Virus record (IMG/VR): IMGVR_UViG_3300006119_000827
Span: 1 to 52,949 of that record
Length of the DNA: 52,949 nucleotides
Strand: one strand, 5' to 3'
DNA from: a virus
Lineage: Duplodnaviria > Caudoviricetes
Below, in pieces: positions 44,426-52,857 of this stretch. How positions within the stretch are numbered: the first letter of the stretch is position 1; every line of letters starts with the position of its first letter. The translations under genes and the position numbers were made by a program. The notes beneath the pieces were generated by a model that searched no databases, was not told the origin of the DNA, and saw only the letters and a program-made list of their open reading frames with translations.

Positions 44426-44728
44426 TTAGTAAGTTTTGCAAGAAAGCTGTTTGCTCTTGCCCACCATTCCGCCCTTCTTGAATGCAGGCATCGACGGGGC
44501 GGTCGGCGTCGAAGCAGATGGGTTCATCGACGGAATGGTGTCCGTCAGAGATCGCGCACTCGCGGGTGCCGGGGTAACGCTCTTGGGGCGGGGATGCAGG
44601 CCTTCGGTGTCGCCCATGTTCATGCCCGCGCCACGCTGCATCCGAACCTGCGGCACGCTTTTGCTGATGCGGTCAGTCCGCGTCAGCTTGCCTTGGTTCA
44701 TTGGTTTCAAAGGGACGATGGCCATCAC
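44426..44728 (-). CDS. small basic protein with FKKGG motif
   Basis: Overlaps the portal stop; GGAGG SD. Confidence 0.6.
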   Translation of the reverse strand: MMAIVPLKPMNQGKLTRTDRISKSVPQVRMQRGAGMNMGDTEGLHPRPKSVTPAPASARSLTDTIPSMNPSASTPTAPSMPAFKKGGMVGKSKQLSCKTY

Positions 44729-46815
44729 GGGCCTCCTGCAATGCGGGTGCGTGGACCCATGTCCTGTGTGACCGGGCTGGACTGCTGACCGCCTTGCGCC
44801 TGGGCCGCGTTGTCACCCATGCCGCCATGCCCCGGCATACCCTGGGACTGGGCGACCATCGCGGCTTGCTTCTGCTGAGCGGCAATCTCGTCGGCGCTGG
44901 GCACAATCTCTTCGCCGGGCATACCCAACGTGGAGGCAACCGAGCGCAAAACCGTGGCGCGACCCTTGGGACCGACGATCTGCATGTCGATGGGGTTTGC
45001 GGTGGCCTGCAAGAACTCCATCTGGCGGGCTCGCTGGGTTTCCTTCTGCATGGCAACCGCCACGCCGAGCACCCGGATGTTCTCTTCCCCGGTGAGCATA
45101 CCCGTCTCATCGGTAAGCATGATCATGTCGAACAGCGCCAAAAGCAGTTGCTCGAGCACGTCACGGTCAATGTTGGCGGCTACCGTCTGGAGGATCTTGG
45201 AGGCGTTGCCCATAAGCATCGCCAAGCCACTCGCGGTGCGCCCTGCCCCACCAGCGGTGTTACCCGACAGGTATTTCGGAATGCCCGAGAGCTCGTCGGC
45301 CATCTCGATGAACTGACCATACACCGTGAGCAGTTCTTGAGCGTTGGACGCGGGCTGAAAGAAACTGATCGGAACCTGGGAGTTGTTCCCCATCGGATCG
45401 GTCTGGACGTGCCAGCGCTTCCACGGATAAAGCTGCTCGCCGTCTTCATCGGGCGACAGGCGGTCATCGTTGACCACCACCTGCGGACCCGAACTGATCG
45501 AAAGATTATTGATCAACGCGCGCAGCGTCGCGTTGGATGCTTCCTGAATGTCGTTCAGGATATCCGGCAAGCCGTTACCAACGACGGTGCCAGGCACCTT
45601 CTCGAACGACGTGACAAAATAAGGATGGCGGCGGCGCGGGCTCGGAGACAGCTGGACCTTGATCACGTACTGACCGATGAGCCACGTCTCGACGTAGTAG
45701 TCGCGCATGTCGTCTTTGATCTGAGCGGGGTCCATGCCCTGCTCGATCAACATGCGGCCCTGGACGTTGCCCGTGAACTTCAGGCAGGTGATCAGGCCGG
45801 ATTGGTTTAGGTGCGGGTTCTCACGGCTCTCTTGCGTGGCCCGCTCGGTGTCCGTCTGGTCCCAGTCCTGGACCAACCCACCACGGCCATAGAGATCCAA
45901 TACCTCGCGGATGGCATTCTGGTCGTAACCGGGCAAATCCAAGAGGTCGTTCAAGTCGGCGCGCGTCAGTCGCGTGCGCTCGATGACGTCGGCGTCTTCG
46001 ATGGCGGACACACCGGGCGTCCACCAAATATCGAAGGGCGACACCCGGCTCCAGAACAAGCGAGGTTTTTGCGTGACGACGGGCTTGTTACCTTCCCAGG
46101 TAACTTCCGGGACGATACGGACTTCCGGCCCTTTGATGCACGCAAACGGGAACAGTGGCAGGTCCACAAGGAACTCAGCCAGCGCCTTATAGAACCCGCC
46201 ATCCTTGAGGATCTGGTCGATCCGGTCGCCAGCGATGGCGGCTTGGTCGGCGGCTTTCTTCTTGGCGGCCTGACGCGCAGCCTCCTTAAGCTGAAGCATC
46301 CGGTCGTTGGTCTGGTCGGGATCGGCGGGCTGACCGCTGGCCTGAAGGCTTGCACCCTCGGCCTCTACAAGTTGATCTATCGAGTCCAGGACATCTTGGG
46401 GTATCTGTGGGTCGTCCGGGGGCTGCAAGCTCCAAGGACGCTCGGGCGACAAGTATACATCGCGTAAAAGCGAGAACGCGCCCCGGCATTTCATGGCAAT
46501 GACGCGGGCGTATACTTCAGAACCGCCGAATTTACGGATTTCAGCGATCTTCGAGGCGTCGTATTGGCCATTAAAGGCCCGCATCGCACTCAGTAGCCGC
46601 TCGGACCAGCCTGCCGCGTTGTTATTGCGGTGGCGCTTCATGATGTCGAACTGGTGGCGGACATAAGCAGCCAGACCCGACAGCTCAGTATTGGAGCTCG
46701 CGTCTTCAGCGGCGGCGCGAGCCTCGTCCTGTGCTTTCAGCGCAATACTTAGCTGTTCTGGCCCAACAACGCGAAGAATCGCGCCGTTTTGCTTATCCAT
46801 CCAGTCGGCTCCCAT
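44725..46815 (-). CDS. portal protein
   Basis: About 690 aa, first gene of the head operon; VSPFDIWW.P, G.GLPD...DIQ, ADE.SGIP.Y, RTASGL.ML; the start may be 46800. Confidence 0.85.
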   Translation of the reverse strand: MGADWMDKQNGAILRVVGPEQLSIALKAQDEARAAAEDASSNTELSGLAAYVRHQFDIMKRHRNNNAAGWSERLLSAMRAFNGQYDASKIAEIRKFGGSEVYARVIAMKCRGAFSLLRDVYLSPERPWSLQPPDDPQIPQDVLDSIDQLVEAEGASLQASGQPADPDQTNDRMLQLKEAARQAAKKKAADQAAIAGDRIDQILKDGGFYKALAEFLVDLPLFPFACIKGPEVRIVPEVTWEGNKPVVTQKPRLFWSRVSPFDIWWTPGVSAIEDADVIERTRLTRADLNDLLDLPGYDQNAIREVLDLYGRGGLVQDWDQTDTERATQESRENPHLNQSGLITCLKFTGNVQGRMLIEQGMDPAQIKDDMRDYYVETWLIGQYVIKVQLSPSPRRRHPYFVTSFEKVPGTVVGNGLPDILNDIQEASNATLRALINNLSISSGPQVVVNDDRLSPDEDGEQLYPWKRWHVQTDPMGNNSQVPISFFQPASNAQELLTVYGQFIEMADELSGIPKYLSGNTAGGAGRTASGLAMLMGNASKILQTVAANIDRDVLEQLLLALFDMIMLTDETGMLTGEENIRVLGVAVAMQKETQRARQMEFLQATANPIDMQIVGPKGRATVLRSVASTLGMPGEEIVPSADEIAAQQKQAAMVAQSQGMPGHGGMGDNAAQAQGGQQSSPVTQDMGPRTRIAGGP

Positions 46816-46893
46816 CGAGCACTCGACGTGCGGGAGCTTAATACAGTATAAAATAAGAGAAAGGCAACCCGTTTTCTAGAATAGGACCAATAG
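46816..46893. promoter_or_regulatory. AT-rich divergent promoter region (portal versus terminase)
   Basis: Head-to-head genes; TATAAA- and TAGAAT-like hexamers. Confidence 0.45.
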
Positions 46894-47388
46894 TTGTCCG
46901 ATCTTCCGGCGATCATCTCCCCTATAAACGATGATAGACTTGTCATTTTGGCCCGAGAAATAGCCAAAGACATGCACCCCCTCGAAACTATACTTGAAGT
47001 GAACAAAATCGGGGTTGACCAGTGGGAAACCATACAAAACAACCCCCGGTTTCAACGTTTGTTGGAGTCCGAAATCGCGGATTGGAACTCCGCAAGCAAC
47101 GCTTCCGAGCGTGTGCGGCTGAAATCCATTCACTTCGTTGAGGAGGTGCTTCCAGAGTTCTACGCGCGGGCCAATGACCCCCGTGAAAGCCTCGCCGCCA
47201 AGACCGAGGTACTTAAGACAGTCGCTCGATTTGCCGGAATTGGATCTTCCGGTGGTGAAATCGGCGGTGCGGGCGAAAAATTTACCGTCACGATCAATCT
47301 GGGCGCGGATAAATCCCTCAAGATCGAGAAGACAGTTACCCCGCAGGTAATTGAAGGCCACGCGGAGGCCGTCGATGCCAGCAATTAA
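46894..47388 (+). CDS. probable terminase small subunit
   Basis: Helical protein overlapping the TerL start; C-terminal F.VTINLG strand. Confidence 0.6.
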   Translation: MSDLPAIISPINDDRLVILAREIAKDMHPLETILEVNKIGVDQWETIQNNPRFQRLLESEIADWNSASNASERVRLKSIHFVEEVLPEFYARANDPRESLAAKTEVLKTVARFAGIGSSGGEIGGAGEKFTVTINLGADKSLKIEKTVTPQVIEGHAEAVDASN

Positions 47389-48823
47389 CTATACGGCACC
47401 GCCAACCTGCGCGAGATTCATGCGCTCGGAAGCGTTTGGGCGACTGATCGCGGGTCCGGTGGGCTCGGGTAAGACAACGGCGTGTTTGTTTGAGCTCTTC
47501 CGGCGAGCGTGCGAGCAGGCCCCTGCCCCGGATGGGTACCGCTACACGCGCTTCGCCATCGTTCGCCAAACCCTCAAGCAGCTAAAGGATACGGTTCTCA
47601 AGGATATCGTGAGTTGGCTGGCCGGGATCGCGGAGTACAAGGTTTCCGACAACACGATCTACATCACCATCGGGGACGTGCGCTCGGAATGGCTGCTCAT
47701 TCCACTCGATAACCCTGAGGACCAACGACGTCTGCTGTCCATGCAGCTAACGGGCGGGTGGCTCAGCGAGGCCATCGAGATGGACGTGAACATTATCTCC
47801 CCGCTGGCTGGACGATGCGGGCGTTACCCGTCTGCGGCACAAGGCGGCTGCACCTGGTTCGGGCTTATTGCCGACACCAACCTCCCCTCCGAGGGCACGC
47901 CCTGGCATAAATTCATGGATGTGGAGACACCGCCCGACTGGCAGGTGCTCATCCAGCCGTCAGGGATGTCCGAGGACGCCGAGAACCTTGAGTGGCTGAC
48001 ACAGACACCCGAGACACTCAAGCTGCCCGTCACGGACCAACGTCGGCGTGCCCAAGGGCGCACTTATTATGAGCGCTTCATCCGGTCCAACAGCGAGGAC
48101 TGGTGCAAGCGGTATGTGTATGCCCAGTACGGCGACGACCCATCCGGCACGGCGGTCTTCCGGGAAAGCTTCAAGGCAAGCTTCCATGTCGTGGATGAAG
48201 TACTCCCCGCCTACGGTATGCCCATCATCGTTGGGCTCGACTTTGGGCGTGACCCTTGTGCGGTCATCACGCAGGTAGACCACAAGGGAAGGTTCCTCAT
48301 CCTCGAGGAGATCCTTGCCGAAGACATCGGCCTCGAGCTCCAGCTACAGCGAGCGATCAAGCCCGCGCTGCTGCAAGAGCGTTATATGGGTCGGCCCATC
48401 GTCATCGTGGGCGATCCTGCGGGCACCAGCCGGTCCACACACTATGAAGAGACCTCGTTCGACCTCGTGAAGCGTGCGGGCTTCTCCGCGTACCCAGCGC
48501 CCACCAACGAGATCGACAAGCGCCTGCGCGCCGTGGAGGCTTACCTGCTGGCACAGCGCGATGGTGGACCCGCGATGCTCATTGACCGCCAGCGTTGCCC
48601 GACCATCGTGCGGGCGCTCAACGGCGGGTATCGCTACGCCAAGACGCGCAACGGCATCCGCAAGGCGGTACCCGATAAGAACGAGTACTCACACATTGCG
48701 GATGCCCTTCAGTACGCGGCAGTCGCGGCGCATGGCGGTATGTCGGGGATGTTGTCGTCCCGCCTGCAACGCGGGAAGCGTCAGCACGGTCGCCCGATGG
48801 TTACCGCTGGTGGGTGGACTTGA
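47375..48823 (+). CDS. terL: terminase large subunit
   Basis: Walker A GPVGSGKT, DTN coupling motif, nuclease GLDFG and HIADALQY; GGAGG SD before ATG 47375. Confidence 0.93.
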   Translation: MPAINYTAPPTCARFMRSEAFGRLIAGPVGSGKTTACLFELFRRACEQAPAPDGYRYTRFAIVRQTLKQLKDTVLKDIVSWLAGIAEYKVSDNTIYITIGDVRSEWLLIPLDNPEDQRRLLSMQLTGGWLSEAIEMDVNIISPLAGRCGRYPSAAQGGCTWFGLIADTNLPSEGTPWHKFMDVETPPDWQVLIQPSGMSEDAENLEWLTQTPETLKLPVTDQRRRAQGRTYYERFIRSNSEDWCKRYVYAQYGDDPSGTAVFRESFKASFHVVDEVLPAYGMPIIVGLDFGRDPCAVITQVDHKGRFLILEEILAEDIGLELQLQRAIKPALLQERYMGRPIVIVGDPAGTSRSTHYEETSFDLVKRAGFSAYPAPTNEIDKRLRAVEAYLLAQRDGGPAMLIDRQRCPTIVRALNGGYRYAKTRNGIRKAVPDKNEYSHIADALQYAAVAAHGGMSGMLSSRLQRGKRQHGRPMVTAGGWT

Positions 48824-48882
48824 AATATAGGTGTAAGGTTTATAGATAGGGCCGTCTAGTATTACCTATCACGGGAGGGTAA

Positions 48883-49182
48883 ATGACGAGCTATCATTAC
48901 AAATCTTACGTTCACGCTTCTGAATCTGGCGGGCGTGCGTCAAACAAATACGAAATCAAAGAATGGGGGGTAGACTCAACCTATCGCCTGACTCCCCAGA
49001 AGATAGATCTCCCCCCACTCCCTAAGAGCGAGCCTCCTAAACCCAAGCCCGAACACGAGCCCTACTCAATCGACTACCACGGGCTCGTGTTCTTGTGGCG
49101 TTGGAACGAATTTTATGCAGAGTTTGAACGCTATGAAGGGGGCAAGCCCTCTTGGTTTACGTGCGTTATGCGGGATCAGTGA
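48883..49182 (+). CDS. hypothetical protein
   Basis: GGGAGG SD; lower GC than its flanks. Confidence 0.5.
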   Translation: MTSYHYKSYVHASESGGRASNKYEIKEWGVDSTYRLTPQKIDLPPLPKSEPPKPKPEHEPYSIDYHGLVFLWRWNEFYAEFERYEGGKPSWFTCVMRDQ

Positions 49183-50207
49183 AACGCCTCTTCCCACGTC
49201 CCCAGTGTGGACGCCTTGGAATACTCGGTGGAGCGGTTCTCGAAGAAGTTCGTGTGCTCCACCGCGTTCAGCATCTCATCCAGCCACGGCAGCGGGTTCT
49301 TCTCGACGTTGTAGAGCTCGTCGATACCTAGCTGGGTAAGCCTGCGATCCGCGATATAGCGGATGTAGGTCTTCACCTCGGCGGAGGTAAGCCCCTCGAT
49401 GTCCCCCTGCTCAAACGCGAGGTCCACGAACGCGTCCTCGTGATCCACGATGGTTCCGCAAATATGCTGGATCTCGTTGACCAGCTTGGGCGTCCAGAGC
49501 TCGGGGTTCTCCTGGATGAACGTCCGAAAGAGCTTGATGATCGAGTTGCAGTGCAGGGTTTCATCCCGCACCGACCAACTGACGATCTGCCCCATCCCCT
49601 TCATCTTACCGAACCGGGGAAAGTTCATCAGGATCGCGAACGACGCGAACAGCTGCAAACCCTCGGTGAATGCCCCGAACGCCGCCAGCGTCTTGGCGAT
49701 CTCATGCTTGGACTTCACGTTGAAGCTTTGCATGTAGTCGAACTTGTCCTTCATCGCCTTGTATTTGAGAAACGCGGCGTACTCGGCCTCGGGGATTCCG
49801 ATGGTGTCGAGCAGGTAGCTATACGCCGCCACATGGACCGTCTCGATGTTCGAGAAGGCCGACAGCATCATCAGCACCTCGGTCGGTTTGAAGACCTGGC
49901 TGTAGTGCTTCATGTAGCAGTTGTTCACCTCGACGTCGGCCTGGGTGAAGAACCGGAAGATCTGGGTGAGTAGGTTGCGCTCGCCATTGGTGAGGTTAAC
50001 CGACCAATCCTTCACGTCTTCAGCGAGAGGGACTTCCTCGGGCAACCAATGCACCCGCTGCTGGGTGAGCCACGCCTCATAGGCCCACTCGTACCGGAAG
50101 GGCTTGTAGACGGGGTTCTCGGTCAGCAGGTCGATCTTAACGGGTTGTTCCTCGGGTGCGGGCGAGGGCGCGGGTTGGGTTTCGGGCCGATCCAAAACGT
50201 CACTCAC
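49176..50207 (-). CDS. nrdB: class I ribonucleotide reductase beta subunit
   Basis: HWLPEEV, FFTQAD, E.VH..AY, EGLQLF.SF, RDETLH, NFFE; GTG start at 50207. Confidence 0.95.
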   Translation of the reverse strand: MSDVLDRPETQPAPSPAPEEQPVKIDLLTENPVYKPFRYEWAYEAWLTQQRVHWLPEEVPLAEDVKDWSVNLTNGERNLLTQIFRFFTQADVEVNNCYMKHYSQVFKPTEVLMMLSAFSNIETVHVAAYSYLLDTIGIPEAEYAAFLKYKAMKDKFDYMQSFNVKSKHEIAKTLAAFGAFTEGLQLFASFAILMNFPRFGKMKGMGQIVSWSVRDETLHCNSIIKLFRTFIQENPELWTPKLVNEIQHICGTIVDHEDAFVDLAFEQGDIEGLTSAEVKTYIRYIADRRLTQLGIDELYNVEKNPLPWLDEMLNAVEHTNFFENRSTEYSKASTLGTWEEAFH

Positions 50208-50475
50208 CGGCAGGCACTCCCAACTCAGACTTCGTAAACCCAACCATGTGCTTCCCCAGGTCCAGGAGCTCACCAAGAGTATAGGCGTCGGGGTCCATGT
50301 CCGTGGGAGCCACACAGGGCACGAACACAAAGCAGGTCGAGCACCCGTGGTGCATGGTGACCTCGTACCCGTGGGGGGAGGATTGGTACTCGACCTCGGT
50401 TACCCAGTCAGGTAACGCGTCCACCCAGCAAGGCCGCGCCATCCCGTAGCCCTTCCATAGTGTTATGGTGGACAT
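50200..50475 (-). CDS. hypothetical protein
   Basis: TGATG coupling with the excisionase gene; overlaps the nrdB start. Confidence 0.55.
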   Translation of the reverse strand: MSTITLWKGYGMARPCWVDALPDWVTEVEYQSSPHGYEVTMHHGCSTCFVFVPCVAPTDMDPDAYTLGELLDLGKHMVGFTKSELGVPAGE

Positions 50476-50720
50476 CAGCATGTTGCCCCAACCGATTCCG
50501 AGCGCTTGGTGAAGACCAACTGCTCCTCGATCCAGGCGTCCACGTCTTTCTGCCGGTAATAGGCTCGCTTCCCCAACCGCAGATAATCCGGGCCTTTGCC
50601 CATTCGCCGCCATTCACGAAGGGTCGTGGGCAGGATGTTAAGCATCCTTGCCAAGTCTTCAGATGCAATAAGTCCCAACGTCTTCCGTGCAGGCGTGTCA
50701 TTTTCTAAAGGAGGTATCAT
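50475..50720 (-). CDS. excisionase/AlpA-like HTH protein
   Basis: LA.ML.I...TL.EWR..GKGP.Y.RLG....Y...DVDAW. Confidence 0.85.
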   Translation of the reverse strand: MIPPLENDTPARKTLGLIASEDLARMLNILPTTLREWRRMGKGPDYLRLGKRAYYRQKDVDAWIEEQLVFTKRSESVGATC

Positions 50721-50838
50721 CGTTGTGGTGGTCTTCCCCAGTTTCTACCGATTTGGCGTCAGTCGAACGGTGCTGAGCTCGGATATAATATAAGTGTCAC
50801 TAGGCTAGACAACACGTAAGATGTCAGAAAGCCCCGCG

Positions 50839-51951
50839 TTATACTGAGGTCAGGATCGACTCGGGAGTTATGTGTGTATACCTACGCAGGTTCTCCCAGG
50901 ATTTGTGGCCGGATATGGCGGATACTTGGGGGATATTCAGGCCATGCTCAAACAACAAGCTTATCCCTTCGTGACGAAGGTCGTGAAATACTAAATCTTC
51001 TATTCCGCAAGCTTTTGTCGCCGCAGAAAAAGCATTTGCAATAGTAGATCCCATGAATGGGAAAATCCTCCCCTTGGGGTTCTCCACCTTGCGTTGACGC
51101 TCGATGATCTCGCAGGGGTCGATCACCTCCCCATTGAGCTTGAACGGTCCCTTGAGCAGCGGAACCCGCATGTCCCTGCCCCCTTTCACCGTTGGATCTT
51201 TGCGCCCCCTGATGACGACCGTGCGCGCCTTGGCGTCGTAGTCCTCCCAGGTAATCCCCCCAGGCCCGACGATCTCCCCACGGCGCATGGCGGTCGCCAC
51301 GGCGAACAGGATGATGTCTCCCGTGATGCGTTTGACGTTCTGGGCGGCTGGCCTGCTATGACACCATGACACCAGCGCAGAGAGCTCGGCTTGGGTGGGG
51401 CGACGGTCGCGGCGGTTGGACTTGGCTATGAGCCCGGCATGATCGAGCGTCTGCACGGCACGCTTTAATGTGGCCCGCGCCTCCGAGGCGTCCTTGCTGT
51501 CCAGGAAAGCCCCACCATGCTCGAGCGCCACCCCTAGATAGACCAACTCTTTCTTTATGGTGGTTGGCCCCGGTGGATGCAGCCGACCGCCGTATCGGCC
51601 AGGGTTGAAGCGCTCCGTACTGCGTTTTTGGACGTATGCCATGATGTGCTTGGTGGTGAGCTCCGCGAGTCGTACGTCCCCCATGTAGTGTGTGATGATC
51701 GTCAGGCAGGAAAGCTTGGACGCGTGGATCTTGGCTGTCTTGGAGGTGTACTCCTCGATGATCGACCTGATGGTGTGCGGCTTGCCCTTGCCCGGCCCCG
51801 ATTCCTGCAAATCGTCAGGGGGAGCGGCTTCCTGCTCCCTCGCCCATCGCACCGCCTCAGCCTTGGACGGGAACACTTTTGAGACGGCTGGGCGATTCGC
51901 GAGACGGATGTGAGCCCGCCATCCAGAGGGGTGCTTAAGTATAGATGCCAT
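50839..51951 (-). CDS. int: tyrosine recombinase (integrase)
   Basis: N-terminal arm-binding WRA.IR...SK.F..K.EA..WA; TAMRRGE, FHDLRHE, SGHK, RY; ATG at 51951. Confidence 0.95.
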   Translation of the reverse strand: MASILKHPSGWRAHIRLANRPAVSKVFPSKAEAVRWAREQEAAPPDDLQESGPGKGKPHTIRSIIEEYTSKTAKIHASKLSCLTIITHYMGDVRLAELTTKHIMAYVQKRSTERFNPGRYGGRLHPPGPTTIKKELVYLGVALEHGGAFLDSKDASEARATLKRAVQTLDHAGLIAKSNRRDRRPTQAELSALVSWCHSRPAAQNVKRITGDIILFAVATAMRRGEIVGPGGITWEDYDAKARTVVIRGRKDPTVKGGRDMRVPLLKGPFKLNGEVIDPCEIIERQRKVENPKGRIFPFMGSTIANAFSAATKACGIEDLVFHDLRHEGISLLFEHGLNIPQVSAISGHKSWENLRRYTHITPESILTSV

Positions 51952-51999
51952 GGTGCGAAAGTCCTTTCGGAGCTCGGGTTGAGGCCCCCCGTGGGCGGT

Positions 52000-52335
52000 C
52001 CGTGCGTAATCCGTGCGTAGTTCGTGCGTAGTTAGGGGGGTATTTCGGCCAATATCAGGTGGCGGAAGACCGCTGTCAAATCGGGTTTGGTGGGGTTGTA
52101 AGGTATTGGAAAGGTTCAGGAAAATACCCTTTATCAACAGGTTGTGGATAACTCCCCAAAACCCGAGTGATCAGATTCCATAATCGCTTGAACTCCTGTG
52201 TAATATCAACGACTTAAGCGTGTTTTTGGGTAGCATATGCGTAGTCAGAGCCAATTTTCACAATATCCGGAATATAACACCTAATCAACACCTAAATAAC
52301 ACCCTAGCATACTTGCAATCTCCGTGGGTACTGCG
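52000..52335. other. attP-like region with arm-type repeats and IHF sites
   Basis: Three CGTGCGTA direct repeats at 52000-52033; WATCAANNNNTTR matches at 52132-52144 and 52204-52216; directly upstream of int. Confidence 0.6.
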
Positions 52336-52857
52336 ATCAATGTGTTGCTGCCTTCGATCCACCACTCGAGAGGTTCCCCGCCATGAGTTCATGCCCTGTT
52401 CTACGCCCTTATTGCGACCGGAAATCCGTGACCTGTTTTATATTGTAAGGTTCGGGTTAGCCGCTGCGAGGGTGTGATGGTTTAATGTTATATTGGTGTA
52501 ATGTTGGTTTTTTGGGGTTCTATATTTCCAAGGTACCACAAAAAGCACCATAGCCCCCCTGCCCCCCTGTCCATATAGGGGTGGGGTGGGGGCACGGTAT
52601 TACCCGTGCGGGTAACCCCCTTTAACTACAACAAGACCTGAGCATGACAACCTCGGGTCTCCCGATAACTGGAACGTGACTTAGTTCCAACCGCTCATTG
52701 ACATTCGAATATGGTTTCATGGCTGCATGGTGCAGCCTCGGCGGAAGTGACAATCCCGCGCCTATCGCACCATGACACGCCATGATCGGGCTCAGATTGC
52801 CCGTCCCAAAATCTGAACCTAGCCCCTTACGGGGGCTTCATAGGGTCGCGCTGTAGC

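Larger units (their letters stand above)
323..52615. repeat. dispersed interrupted palindrome family TTACC-N5/6-GGTAA
   Basis: Perfect copies start at 323,1192,1931,3990,5143,6258,6690,7632,10162,10425,11364,14074,15518,17273,18841,19440,20272,21336,21759,22567,23451,24376,26163,26379,29371,30393,33292,35374,35545,38233,39233,40639,42555,46088,47336,50400,52600. Outer-base variants start at 1513,2995,4402,8375,9096,9351,12465,13180,14661,16373,27491,31863,44376,45260,49324. Confidence 0.95.

Noticed and set aside
46838-46852. CtrA-like TTAA-N7-TAAA box
   Set aside because: A single imperfect match in AT-rich DNA; not distinguishable from chance.
48862-48882. TTACC-N11-GGTAA before ORF 48883
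   Set aside because: The spacer is outside the 5-6 nt class, so it is excluded from the counts although it may be related.
51952-52137. 62-aa N-terminal extension of the integrase in the ORF track
   Set aside because: It overlaps the att-like repeats; the typical MASI.K start is at 51951.
52165-52190. tRNA fragment as att core
   Set aside because: No T-arm GTTCGA or acceptor stem was seen, and I found no tRNA gene by eye anywhere in the window.
52220-52477. 85-aa ORF right of the att region
   Set aside because: No SD or motif, atypical composition, and it overlaps probable regulatory DNA.
323-52615. Palindrome family as a CRISPR array, REP element or terminator set
   Set aside because: Copies are 15-16 bp, dispersed, mostly intragenic, with variable centres and no U tracts or repeat-spacer periodicity.
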